Of a stretch of 64,000 nt of DNA, positions 46,486 through 54,794 are shown one piece after another. The translations under genes were made by a program, and so were the position numbers. The number at the start of each line of letters is the position of its first letter. The first letter of the stretch is position 1. The notes under the pieces are model-generated. The model saw only the letters and a program-made list of their open reading frames with translations, ran no database searches and was not told the origin of the DNA. This DNA comes from Candidatus Pacearchaeota archaeon (GTDB lineage: Archaea > Nanobdellota > Nanobdellia > Pacearchaeales > JAPDKA01): contig JAWAFA010000002.1 of the NCBI GenBank assembly GCA_038890875.1, positions 35,356-99,355 of the forward strand, in the 5' to 3' direction.

Positions 46486-47330
46486 TTTATAATTTCAATT
46501 TGCTCTTGATTTTCCAAAATTATTTCCGGCTTTCCTTTATATTCTTTTATAATTCCTTTCACTTTAACAATTTTGTTTTTATAAATACTTACATCTTGAA
46601 AATTATTTAGGCTAGAAGAAAAAATAACTGCAGTGAAACATTGATAAGGGTATGGTTTTTCAAAATTTAAGAAAGTAGTGTTTGTCTTACTCTTGCCGAT
46701 ATCAACAACTGTTCCCTCAACAATTTTTTCTTCACCAATATAGTTTTTCGCATCGCAAGCATAAATAGAATCATTCAAATTCTGTAAGTTAGCTGGTCTT
46801 AAGGATTCTGAAAAGGTGTTGTTCCATTTGCATCCCATCCTATTTTCTCTCGCTTCCCTTTCCGCCTCAATAAATAGATCTTTATAAGGGTCATCACTCA
46901 CGCGAGCAATAACATCTCCCTCTCTTACAAGTTTCAAATTAATATTTTCTCCATTTAAGATTATATATCGCAACATTCTTCCATAAGAATCCCTATCTTC
47001 ATTGAAGTATTCTAAATAAACTTCTTCATTGAGCAAGAATTCTTCAAGCCGCTTTTTGGCTGCATTGTAACAAGGATAACCCTTTTCATCAGCATCAACA
47101 CCGAGAAGTCTAACACTCTCGCCTTCGATAATTATAGTATCTCCATCAATTATTTTTGTCACCACTTTTGGCCCACTCACATGTTTTTCAAATTTTTCAA
47201 ACCTTGAATCATCAACACTACTACCATCCCCTCCTCTATTTTTTTCTTTTAGATAGTCAATAGCAACAAAAAGTATTATGGCAATCAATATTACTACTAA
47301 CCCTTTAATCAGATTGCTCTTGAATTCCAT
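46482..47330 (-). CDS. Membrane-anchored staphylococcal-nuclease (SNase) homologue with a C-terminal OB-fold
   Basis: IDGDTIIIEGESVRLLGVDADEKG and GRMLRYI, followed by an OB-like C-terminus (VEGTVVDIG...VKVKGIIKEYKGKPEI). 4-nt overlap with tgt. Confidence 0.78.
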   Translation of the reverse strand: MEFKSNLIKGLVVILIAIILFVAIDYLKEKNRGGDGSSVDDSRFEKFEKHVSGPKVVTKIIDGDTIIIEGESVRLLGVDADEKGYPCYNAAKKRLEEFLLNEEVYLEYFNEDRDSYGRMLRYIILNGENINLKLVREGDVIARVSDDPYKDLFIEAEREARENRMGCKWNNTFSESLRPANLQNLNDSIYACDAKNYIGEEKIVEGTVVDIGKSKTNTTFLNFEKPYPYQCFTAVIFSSSLNNFQDVSIYKNKIVKVKGIIKEYKGKPEIILENQEQIEIIK

Positions 47331-47383
47331 AAAGGAAGAAAAGTTTTTAAAATAAAAACTTATCTAAAATAAAGAAGAAAAGA

Positions 47384-48061
47384 ATGAAAACAAAATCAAA
47401 TTTTATATTTGTTTTTCTCTTAGTCTTAGTCTTAACTATAATCTTTCTTGCTGGATGCAAAAAAAGTGCTCAAAAACAAGTAGAAGAAAGCATTACAACT
47501 GAAACAGAAGAAGTAGGAAAAGAAAGCATAGGATTACCTGCTGAAATAATCTGGCTGTTTGAAAAAAGTGCAAATGTCAAGAGTATGCAATATGTTTATG
47601 TAAGCTCAGTTTTGGTAGACAATGATAAATACAAAGTTAAAGGCAATAAAATAAAAGTAGAATTAATGCATATGTATAGATTTAATAAAACTGATTACTA
47701 CGATGTTGTTTATCTTGATACTAACGAGAAAAAAGCAAAAGCTTATTGTGAGCTTGACAGAGATTGTTATGCAATAAAGGATAGAGAGTACGAAGTTGGT
47801 TTTGCTTATTATTATCGAAACACACCTCTTGATTGGATTGAAAAACTCAAAAGTGCTAAAGATTTTGTGAAACTCAACACAGAGCTCATTGAGAATAAAC
47901 AATCAGTACATTATTCTTTCACTCTGGAAAATAAGAGTGGGGAAGTTTGGATATGGGAATATTGGGGCCTCCCACTTAAGATTATTTTGAATGGCAAGAG
48001 CTATGCATTCATTGGGCTTACGGTTAATAGCTTACAAGATAGTGATGTTGTGAGAGGGTAA
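47384..48061 (+). CDS. Secreted or lipobox-bearing protein, hypothetical
   Basis: Signal peptide ending IIFLAGCKK. No other motif. Confidence 0.5.
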   Translation: MKTKSNFIFVFLLVLVLTIIFLAGCKKSAQKQVEESITTETEEVGKESIGLPAEIIWLFEKSANVKSMQYVYVSSVLVDNDKYKVKGNKIKVELMHMYRFNKTDYYDVVYLDTNEKKAKAYCELDRDCYAIKDREYEVGFAYYYRNTPLDWIEKLKSAKDFVKLNTELIENKQSVHYSFTLENKSGEVWIWEYWGLPLKIILNGKSYAFIGLTVNSLQDSDVVRG

Positions 48062-48100
48062 TGGGACAATATAAATGTGGTACAAACTTTCTAATAAAAA

Positions 48101-48493
48101 ATGAATGAGCATAAATTAAATAAAGTTGAAGGGTATAAAGAGGTAATCCCTTATGTATATGTTGGAATGAACAAATGTTGTCGACCAACTTTTGCAATGA
48201 TTAATGGAGAAAAAGTTGATATAAATTTTAATGGACCACTAAATACAGATCTGCTAGGTAATGGAGCAAATTTTATTGCTTCACTTATTAAACAAAAAAT
48301 AAAGGTTTGTATAAATTATGAAAACCAGAATACAAAAGCAATATTTTTTCTTATTGCTTATTTTATTATGAAAGGAAAAAGCATCGATGATTCAATAAGC
48401 CTTATAAAGAAAAAAATAAATATATTTAATATAAATAATCAAGAAAAAAAATTGCTTCAGGATTTCCAAAAACAATTTAAAAATGAAAACTAG
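48101..48493 (+). CDS. Hypothetical protein with a degenerate dual-specificity-phosphatase-like layout
   Basis: VYVGMN...IKVCINYENQNTKAIFFLIAYFIMKGKSIDDSISLIKKK resembles the DSP P-loop region, but the HCxxGxxR catalytic signature is absent. Confidence 0.3.
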   Translation: MNEHKLNKVEGYKEVIPYVYVGMNKCCRPTFAMINGEKVDINFNGPLNTDLLGNGANFIASLIKQKIKVCINYENQNTKAIFFLIAYFIMKGKSIDDSISLIKKKINIFNINNQEKKLLQDFQKQFKNEN

Positions 48494-49400
48494 ATTGCCT
48501 TACTCTGATGTTGAACTTATGAAAAAGATTCCTTGCAGCAAAGAAGAACTTCTAATGTTCAAAAAAGTAAGAGAAGAAACATTGAAAGAAGCAGCAGCAT
48601 ATAAAAAAAGATATTTTTCTAAGCAAATAAAAATTTTAGGCATAAGTGGAAGTATGCGAGCTAAAGATGATTGCCCAAAAGAAGATTCAACCACAGAATT
48701 TCTTTTGAAAGCAGCATTAAAGAAAGCTAATCAGCTTGGTGCAAGGACTGAACTTTTAAAATTAAGAGAGTACGAAATAAGGCCATGTAAAGGATGTTAT
48801 AGTACAACCAACACTCAATGCCATTTTCCTTGTAGTTGCTATCCTTTCGGCGAGTATGGAGATGACATGACAAATAAGTTATATTGGAAAGTTTTGGATG
48901 CTGATGGGATTATTTGGGCCACACCAGTGCATAATTTCAAAATTTCTTCATTAATGGCCCTCTTTCTTGATAGGTTAATAAGCATGGATGGAAGTTTAAG
49001 ACCGGCCAATCTAAATGATATAAAAAATAAAGAGCTAAACATAAAGCATACAAAGTTTATAGAATTAACAGCCGATGATAAAATTTTTGGATCTGGTTTT
49101 TTGAGAAGATTTATTGGAAAAGTTGCTGGGATAATTGTAAGTGGGCATGAAGTAGGAGCATCACTAACTATTTCCTCTCTTTTCATGACACTAAATCATT
49201 TTGGAATGATTTTTCCTCCATTTAGTAATATATATGCGATAAATACTGTTTGTGAAGGTACTTATCATGACTCGAAAAAACTAAAAAGTGAATGTTACTT
49301 AAAAGAAGCAGAGAGACTAGCTGAGAATATTATTACAACAATAAAAATTGTCAAGCAAAATCCAAGGTTATTTTGGAAGTATGACCAAAAGAGTAACTAA
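48483..49400 (+). CDS. NADPH-dependent FMN reductase / iron-sulfur flavoprotein-like protein
   Basis: ILGISGSMR flavodoxin-like start. Cys cluster CKGCYSTTNTQCHFPCSC. Confidence 0.65.
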   Translation: MKTRLPYSDVELMKKIPCSKEELLMFKKVREETLKEAAAYKKRYFSKQIKILGISGSMRAKDDCPKEDSTTEFLLKAALKKANQLGARTELLKLREYEIRPCKGCYSTTNTQCHFPCSCYPFGEYGDDMTNKLYWKVLDADGIIWATPVHNFKISSLMALFLDRLISMDGSLRPANLNDIKNKELNIKHTKFIELTADDKIFGSGFLRRFIGKVAGIIVSGHEVGASLTISSLFMTLNHFGMIFPPFSNIYAINTVCEGTYHDSKKLKSECYLKEAERLAENIITTIKIVKQNPRLFWKYDQKSN

Positions 49401-49423
49401 ATAATATAAAAATATAAAAGATC

Positions 49424-49936
49424 ATGAAAAACCGAATTGTTGGTTTTATCATATTAGGAATCGCTGTTCTAATTGGGTATATAATATTATCATTCAATAG
49501 AGCGCTAACCAGTATAGTGAATGCTATATGTACTCATGGACCTTCTTGTCCGATGTCAGGAACAATCAAATTTCAAACAAATGTAAGCTTAGGAATAATG
49601 ATTTTTATTATTATTATTGCACTTTATCTAATTTTCTTTGGCGAAGAAGAGAAGGTAATAACAAAGACTAGAACAATTAGACCACGAATTGAACCAAGGA
49701 AAATTACAAAAGAACATTATCAAAAAATATTAAAAAGTTTAAGTGATGATGAAAGGGCTGTTTTAGAAAGAATAATTGAATCTGAAGGAGCTATATTTCA
49801 ATCAGATTTAGTTGATAAGGCTGGATTAAGTAAAGTTAAAATTACAAGAATTCTTGATAAATTAGAAGGGAGAGGGTTAGTTGAAAGGAGAAGAAGAGGA
49901 ATGACAAATGTTGTGATTCTTAAGCATGAAGCATAA
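49424..49936 (+). CDS. Membrane-tethered winged-helix transcriptional regulator (COG2512-like) with a Cys/His/Met loop
   Basis: Two TM helices flank ICTHGPSCPMSG. C-terminal wHTH: ERAVLERIIESEGAIFQSDLVDKAGLSKVKITRILDKLEGRGLVERRRRG. Confidence 0.65.
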   Translation: MKNRIVGFIILGIAVLIGYIILSFNRALTSIVNAICTHGPSCPMSGTIKFQTNVSLGIMIFIIIIALYLIFFGEEEKVITKTRTIRPRIEPRKITKEHYQKILKSLSDDERAVLERIIESEGAIFQSDLVDKAGLSKVKITRILDKLEGRGLVERRRRGMTNVVILKHEA

Positions 49937-49938
49937 AG

Positions 49939-50112
49939 CTAGTGGCAACAACTGGGGCCATGATTCTTTTTTTCATGCGTTTTTAATTGTTTTTTATATT
50001 CATTTAAACATTTCTGTGAGCAAAACCACTCTCCATACTTTTTAATTCCTCTGCCTTTTTCTTCTTTCATTCCACATATTGGATCTTTTTTCTTAAATAA
50101 ACTAAATACCAT
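49939..50112 (-). CDS. YHS/TRASH-domain metal-binding mini-protein (57 aa)
   Basis: MVFSLFKKKDPICGMKEEKGRGIKKYGEWFCSQKCLNEY...NHGPSCCH (DPxCGM...FCSxxC). Below the ORF-track cutoff. Confidence 0.7.
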   Translation of the reverse strand: MVFSLFKKKDPICGMKEEKGRGIKKYGEWFCSQKCLNEYKKQLKTHEKKNHGPSCCH

Positions 50113-50148
50113 TTTGTAGCATATTCTTATATTTTAAATTTTTTACTC

Positions 50149-50997
50149 TTATTTTTTTTCTAAAATCTTTAGCTCAATAATTACATCAAGGCCAGCAAAT
50201 TCTGGATTGCTGTCTAGCACAATAGACGTTTCATTTAAATTCACTACTTTTCCTTGAGTATTGCCTAAAATAATTATATTGTCAAGAGCAGGAGTTAACG
50301 TAAGATAGATGTAATCTTTATCTATTGAAATTGTCAAATTACCGGCAGGAATCTTGATTGTCTGTTCATATGCATTAAGCTTTGCCTTTATTTTATCCGA
50401 AGTAACTTCAGTTATGTTCATGAACATTATTTCATTTAAAGGGATTATTTTTCCTGGTTGGGCATCTATGATCAGCTCAACATCCGTGCCATTTATTTTC
50501 AACACTTTATACTGTAGAGGATCTCCAGGAACGTTATATGTTTTGTTTACAACTGGCGTTTCACCAAAAACTTGAATAACATTTTGTAAAGGAAGATTAA
50601 AGATTCTATCCATTTCTCTTTCTCTAATAATTTTTTCTGTTCGATTGATAATAAAAACCTTATTTAAATCATACTCACCGAAAGCATCCTTTGCTGCAAG
50701 CTTTAAATGTACTTCTTCGCCTTCACTCATGTTAATAATTTTATTATCAATAACAAGAGAGTTAAGACCTAAGTCACGAGAAACTTTTCCAATTACAGAA
50801 TCAAGCATTCCTGATTTAAGAACAGTTTCATTTTCAAGTTTTATTACATATTGTAGCTTTACGCTTGATATTGCCTTTGTCGTCAATTCATTCTTTATTC
50901 CCGAAATAATAAAGAGGTTGGCAATAAAAATTATTATTATCACTGATGCTAAGAGCAAAGTAATTTTGTTAAAATCAAATTTTTTCATTTTTTGCAA
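50149..50997 (-). CDS. Membrane-anchored protein with an FKBP-type PPIase-like segment
   Basis: N-terminal TM helix. GEEVHLKLAAKDAFGEYDLNKV resembles the FKBP/SlyD core. Weak call. Confidence 0.4.
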   Translation of the reverse strand: MQKMKKFDFNKITLLLASVIIIIFIANLFIISGIKNELTTKAISSVKLQYVIKLENETVLKSGMLDSVIGKVSRDLGLNSLVIDNKIINMSEGEEVHLKLAAKDAFGEYDLNKVFIINRTEKIIREREMDRIFNLPLQNVIQVFGETPVVNKTYNVPGDPLQYKVLKINGTDVELIIDAQPGKIIPLNEIMFMNITEVTSDKIKAKLNAYEQTIKIPAGNLTISIDKDYIYLTLTPALDNIIILGNTQGKVVNLNETSIVLDSNPEFAGLDVIIELKILEKK

Positions 50998-51050
50998 GCT
51001 TTATTATTTATAAAGTTAACTAGGAAATGCTTAAATTTGGCAATTCCATC

Positions 51051-51257
51051 TCAACAACCTCCTACCATCCCTGTTGATCGTGCACTTGAAGTAGTGCTTG
51101 GACTTGAAATTGAACTCTGTGTCGATTGTGTTAAACTTGTTTTTATGCTAAAACCAGACAACTTTGCTTTTATACTGCCAAGTTCAATTGTCTGCACGAT
51201 GGAAAAGACTAAAAGCACTCCAAGTACTATTGCTAAGATTATTTCAATTTTTACCAT
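51051..51257 (-). CDS. Small membrane-anchored protein with a Ser/Thr-rich linker, ending in MVGGC
   Basis: MVKIEIILAIVLGVLLVFSIVQTIELGSIKAKLSG...STTSSARSTGMVGGC*. The ATG at 51257 lies 1 nt after the upstream stop. Confidence 0.55.
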   Translation of the reverse strand: MVKIEIILAIVLGVLLVFSIVQTIELGSIKAKLSGFSIKTSLTQSTQSSISSPSTTSSARSTGMVGGC

Positions 51258-51258
51258 T

Positions 51259-51948
51259 TTAACAACCACCCACCATTTCTCCACCAGAAGTGGTTCCTCT
51301 TTCTATTCCTCTATATTTATTTGAAGCAAGATTAATATAATTAAGCTCTATGCCTTTTTCTTTTAAAACAGCCGCCTTTTGCTCATGAATGCCTGGAAAG
51401 AATAATACTTTCCATTTTCCTAATTCCTCTAATATTTGTTCATTTGACATCTCTGGATGATATGTCAATAAATATTTTGCTAATCCGCGCATTGCATAGC
51501 TATGAGCGCAACCACAAGCCGGGCTTCCATCTTTGAAAATAATTGCTGCCGCACCACAGCAATATTCACATGATATTTGTAAGCCTATTTCTATATATCT
51601 CTGCAATTTTTCACCACTTAAAGTTATTTTATTATCAAAAGACCCTAATTTAGCGATTGTCTCATCAGCAAGTCTTGGATTGTTGGGAGATACATCATCA
51701 TATCTTATCCCTAACTCAGAGCCATAAACTGGTGGAACTCCTGTCGGGATAATATCAGAAATAGTAAAACCTGTTATTTGAGCTGAGTTCGAACTTATTT
51801 TTTTCGCGATCGAAGAAATTTGAAATTGATTATAAACTAACAAAATCGCGATAATAAACATAAGGCCTATTAGGGTATACAACAAATTATTTTTGCTTTT
51901 TCCTTTTTCAACATCATAACTTGTATCACTTATTTTACTCATATTCAT
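51259..51948 (-). CDS. Membrane-anchored Cys-rich (CxxCCG / ACGCAH) protein, also ending in MVGGC
   Basis: TM anchor plus QFQISSIAKKISS. Cys block ISCEYCCGAAAIIFKDGSPACGCAHSY. C-terminus TTSGGEMVGGC*. Confidence 0.6.
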   Translation of the reverse strand: MNMSKISDTSYDVEKGKSKNNLLYTLIGLMFIIAILLVYNQFQISSIAKKISSNSAQITGFTISDIIPTGVPPVYGSELGIRYDDVSPNNPRLADETIAKLGSFDNKITLSGEKLQRYIEIGLQISCEYCCGAAAIIFKDGSPACGCAHSYAMRGLAKYLLTYHPEMSNEQILEELGKWKVLFFPGIHEQKAAVLKEKGIELNYINLASNKYRGIERGTTSGGEMVGGC

Positions 51949-52014
51949 TATTTCATCTTTTTTGATTTTGCTTCGTTTTTGTTTTTACTTTAATTTTTTC
52001 ATCCTAAGTTCCTA

Positions 52015-52071
52015 TTTGAAACACTTTAAAAACTTATCTATGAAACTAGTTTCAAACAAAGCTTTAAAAAC
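52015..52071. promoter_or_regulatory. Divergent control region: perfect 14-bp palindrome flanked by repeated TATA-like decamers
   Basis: TGAAACTAGTTTCA at 52041..52054, an extra half-site TTTGAAAC at 52015..52022, and CTTTAAAAAC at 52024..52033 and 52062..52071. Lies between divergently transcribed genes. Confidence 0.3.
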
Positions 52072-52131
52072 CATTTCTCACAAACGAATAAAAGAAATAA
52101 AAGAAAATTAAATTTAATTGTTGATATAACA

Positions 52132-52554
52132 ATGAGTGAGGATTCGATGAAGATAATTTCAGTGCTTATTATAGCAGGATTAGTGGCGGCAGGATTTTTG
52201 ATATTTGTGCTTCCAGCAATAACTGGGAATATAGTTAGAGATGGAAGATTACCACCATATGCTCAAAGTGGAAAAATAAGAGAGGCTTATCAATTTGCCG
52301 CTACAAATCCTTCTGACCTAGAAGGAATTCCCTGTTCATGCGGATGTATGCAGCATTTACATGATGGTAGGATACATAGGAGGGGCCTACTCGATTGCTT
52401 TATGAGAGAAGATGGTAACTTTGAGAGACATGGTTCACAATGTGAGATGTGTATAAACGCTGTGCTTGATGTTAAAGAATGGAAAGAACAGGGATTTAGT
52501 TATGATGAAATCAAAGCAAAGATAATTAAAAAATATGGTGGTGGATTTTATTAA
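52132..52554 (+). CDS. PCYCGC-motif family-like membrane-anchored protein
   Basis: TM anchor, then GIPCSCGCMQHLHDGRIHRRGLLDCF and CEMC. Confidence 0.6.
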   Translation: MSEDSMKIISVLIIAGLVAAGFLIFVLPAITGNIVRDGRLPPYAQSGKIREAYQFAATNPSDLEGIPCSCGCMQHLHDGRIHRRGLLDCFMREDGNFERHGSQCEMCINAVLDVKEWKEQGFSYDEIKAKIIKKYGGGFY

Positions 52555-52555
52555 A

Positions 52556-53044
52556 ATGAAAAATGCAAAGAAAACATTAATTGTTTTAGCTATTTTAATA
52601 TTGATAAGCTCTTTTGTCTTTGCCCATACGCAGGAAGAAATTGTTGAGGCCAAAAAGATTATTGATGCTAATATAAGTTGCAGTAATCTTTCAGAAGAGC
52701 AGTTAAATATTTTAGGAGATTATTTTATGGAGCAAATGCATCCTGGAGAGGTGCATGAATTAATGCATGAAATGATGGGCGGTGAAAATTCCTCTTTGGT
52801 GAAACAGATGCATATTAACATGGCAAGAATGATGTATTGTAATGGAGGGTATGAGGAAAGAATAACGGAAGGAAGAATGATGGGAGCTTGTATGATGGGA
52901 AGAATGATGGATATGGATAATATTTATAATTATAAACAAAATTCTTATCAAAGTATATTTTATATAACCATGGCCTTACTTGCAATTTCGTTAGTTTTGC
53001 TTATAGCAATAATAATGTTAGTTATTATTAAAGCAAAAAAATAA
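52556..53044 (+). CDS. Secreted Met/His-rich protein with a C-terminal TM anchor (probable Cu-binding)
   Basis: MEQMHPGEVHELMHEMMGG...MHINMARMMYC...GRMMGACMMGRMMDMD. The ATG at 52556 lies 1 nt after the upstream stop. Confidence 0.55.
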   Translation: MKNAKKTLIVLAILILISSFVFAHTQEEIVEAKKIIDANISCSNLSEEQLNILGDYFMEQMHPGEVHELMHEMMGGENSSLVKQMHINMARMMYCNGGYEERITEGRMMGACMMGRMMDMDNIYNYKQNSYQSIFYITMALLAISLVLLIAIIMLVIIKAKK

Positions 53045-53051
53045 AGAAAAA

Positions 53052-53561
53052 ATGAAAAAAAATTTAATCTTCCAAACTTCAATCTTGCTTGCAATTTTGT
53101 TTCCCTTAATTATTCCACTTGCCTCCGCTCACTGCCCATTATGTACTGCAGGAGCCGCTGTTGCTGCAGGAGCAGCCACATGGTTAGGAGTTAATATTAT
53201 GGTAATAGGTTTGTTTATTGGAGCATTCGCAACTTCACTTGGGTTTTGGGTATCTAATCTATTAAGAAAAAAGTTCGTAAGTTTCCCTCTGCAAACATTA
53301 TTAATTGTAACAGTTTCATTTTTGCTAACAGTACTTCCGATTATTCCTGTGGTTGAAGGTAGTGATGTTAATTTTTCAGTTAGTAGAGTTAATAACTTCT
53401 TGATTGGGAGCGTGATTGGTTTAGTAATCGTTGCATTATCCCCTCTTTTAAGTAGCGGGATGACAAAAATAAGGAAAGGAAAATTCTTCCCATTCCAAGG
53501 TATAATAATTACAATATTATTATTAATTGTAGCAGGAGTAATCATTCAATTTTTAACTTAA
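53052..53561 (+). CDS. Polytopic membrane protein with an N-terminal CPLC motif
   Basis: Signal-like start, then SAHCPLCTAGAAVAAGAA, then about four TM helices. Confidence 0.5.
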   Translation: MKKNLIFQTSILLAILFPLIIPLASAHCPLCTAGAAVAAGAATWLGVNIMVIGLFIGAFATSLGFWVSNLLRKKFVSFPLQTLLIVTVSFLLTVLPIIPVVEGSDVNFSVSRVNNFLIGSVIGLVIVALSPLLSSGMTKIRKGKFFPFQGIIITILLLIVAGVIIQFLT

Positions 53562-53562
53562 A

Positions 53563-54024
53563 ATGAATCTCTTTTATATAACTCTAGCAATAACCTTGCT
53601 TTTCTTTGTGCTTTTAATAGTGAAAGCAGTGATAAATAAATTCAAAAAGTTTGATTTTTGTGTTATCTGCGCTTCTGTTAGCTTAACCTGGCTTTTCTTA
53701 CTTGTTCTTTTTTATTTAGGGTTATATGGGAATATCGTATTAATTGCCCTATTAATGGGTGGGAGTGTTGTTGGACTTTTTTATTTTATTGAAAGAAAGA
53801 TAGCCAAAACAAAAAATAAAGAGCTTACATTGTTCAGGCTTCCCTTTTTATTAACATTGATATTTATTGCCTATACTCTTTTATTTTATTCATATTTTGA
53901 TATAAGAGTAGTTTATTTACTTGCCTTACTGTGGCTTCTATTCTTTTTTATTTTTTTATATAGAAAAAATCCTAAATTAAAAAAAATAATAAATAAAATC
54001 ATTGAATGTTGCAAAAGATGGTAA
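53563..54024 (+). CDS. Polytopic membrane protein with an intramembrane CVIC motif and a C-terminal CC
   Basis: Four or five TM helices, FDFCVICASVSL, ...IECCKRW. A DsbB/VKOR-like role is only a guess. Confidence 0.45.
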   Translation: MNLFYITLAITLLFFVLLIVKAVINKFKKFDFCVICASVSLTWLFLLVLFYLGLYGNIVLIALLMGGSVVGLFYFIERKIAKTKNKELTLFRLPFLLTLIFIAYTLLFYSYFDIRVVYLLALLWLLFFFIFLYRKNPKLKKIINKIIECCKRW

Positions 54025-54491
54025 AAAAAAATGCAAGAAATAAAGTAATAGTTAAATCAGTTTTAAAAGGAATTTTGGCTTCAATTATCCTACTTGCATT
54101 TTTCTTCCTAATTTTTACTTGGGTAAGTGGCATTACTTTTGCTTTAAATCAGTTAATGCTACTCTGGCCATTCGTTTTTGCTTTATCGTTTGGTTTTGGC
54201 TTACAGTTTGGGCTTTATTCTTTTTTAAAAGATGCTTTAAAAATAAAAAATATAGTAGCTAAAACTACAGTAACTGGGAGCGGAGTTATTTCTACTGGCT
54301 CTATGGCTGCTTGTTGTGCGCATTTTATTCCTTCCTTAATACCTATTTTAGGATTGTCTATTGCTCCTGGCCTCTCAGGAGTTTTGATAGAATCAATGAG
54401 ATATCAAAAACTGTTCTTTAGCATCGGTATCATAGCAAATATCATTGGAATTATAACGATGGTAAGAATGATAAAAACAAGGCCTAAATAA
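54006..54491 (+). CDS. Polytopic membrane protein with a vicinal-Cys motif (AACCAHF)
   Basis: Four TM helices and GSMAACCAHFIPSLIP. The start is uncertain (54006 or 54018). Confidence 0.45.
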   Translation: MLQKMVKKNARNKVIVKSVLKGILASIILLAFFFLIFTWVSGITFALNQLMLLWPFVFALSFGFGLQFGLYSFLKDALKIKNIVAKTTVTGSGVISTGSMAACCAHFIPSLIPILGLSIAPGLSGVLIESMRYQKLFFSIGIIANIIGIITMVRMIKTRPK

Positions 54492-54492
54492 A

Positions 54493-54762
54493 ATGAAAAA
54501 AGAAAAAATAAAAGAAGAAAAGGAAATAAAAGAAAATAAAAACAATAAAGCTAAGTATTTTATAATTAGTTTTTTAATTTTTTTATTAGTTTTATCAATC
54601 ATTGGTTTTATAATATTGAGCAAAACAAGTACAACGATGACGATAACGCAGAGTTACATTGACTCAGATAAATGTAAGCCTCCCGCAGGGTATAATGAAG
54701 AAGAGTGGCGAGAACATATGAGCCATCATCCAAACATATATAAGGAATGTTTAAATAATTAA
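54493..54762 (+). CDS. Membrane-anchored small protein with a Cys...HH...Cys ectodomain
   Basis: Lys/Glu-rich N-terminus, one TM helix, then DKCKPPAGYNEEEWREHMSHHPNIYKEC. Confidence 0.45.
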   Translation: MKKEKIKEEKEIKENKNNKAKYFIISFLIFLLVLSIIGFIILSKTSTTMTITQSYIDSDKCKPPAGYNEEEWREHMSHHPNIYKECLNN

Positions 54763-54794
54763 ATTTTGTATATTAATACAAATTAACATAGAAA

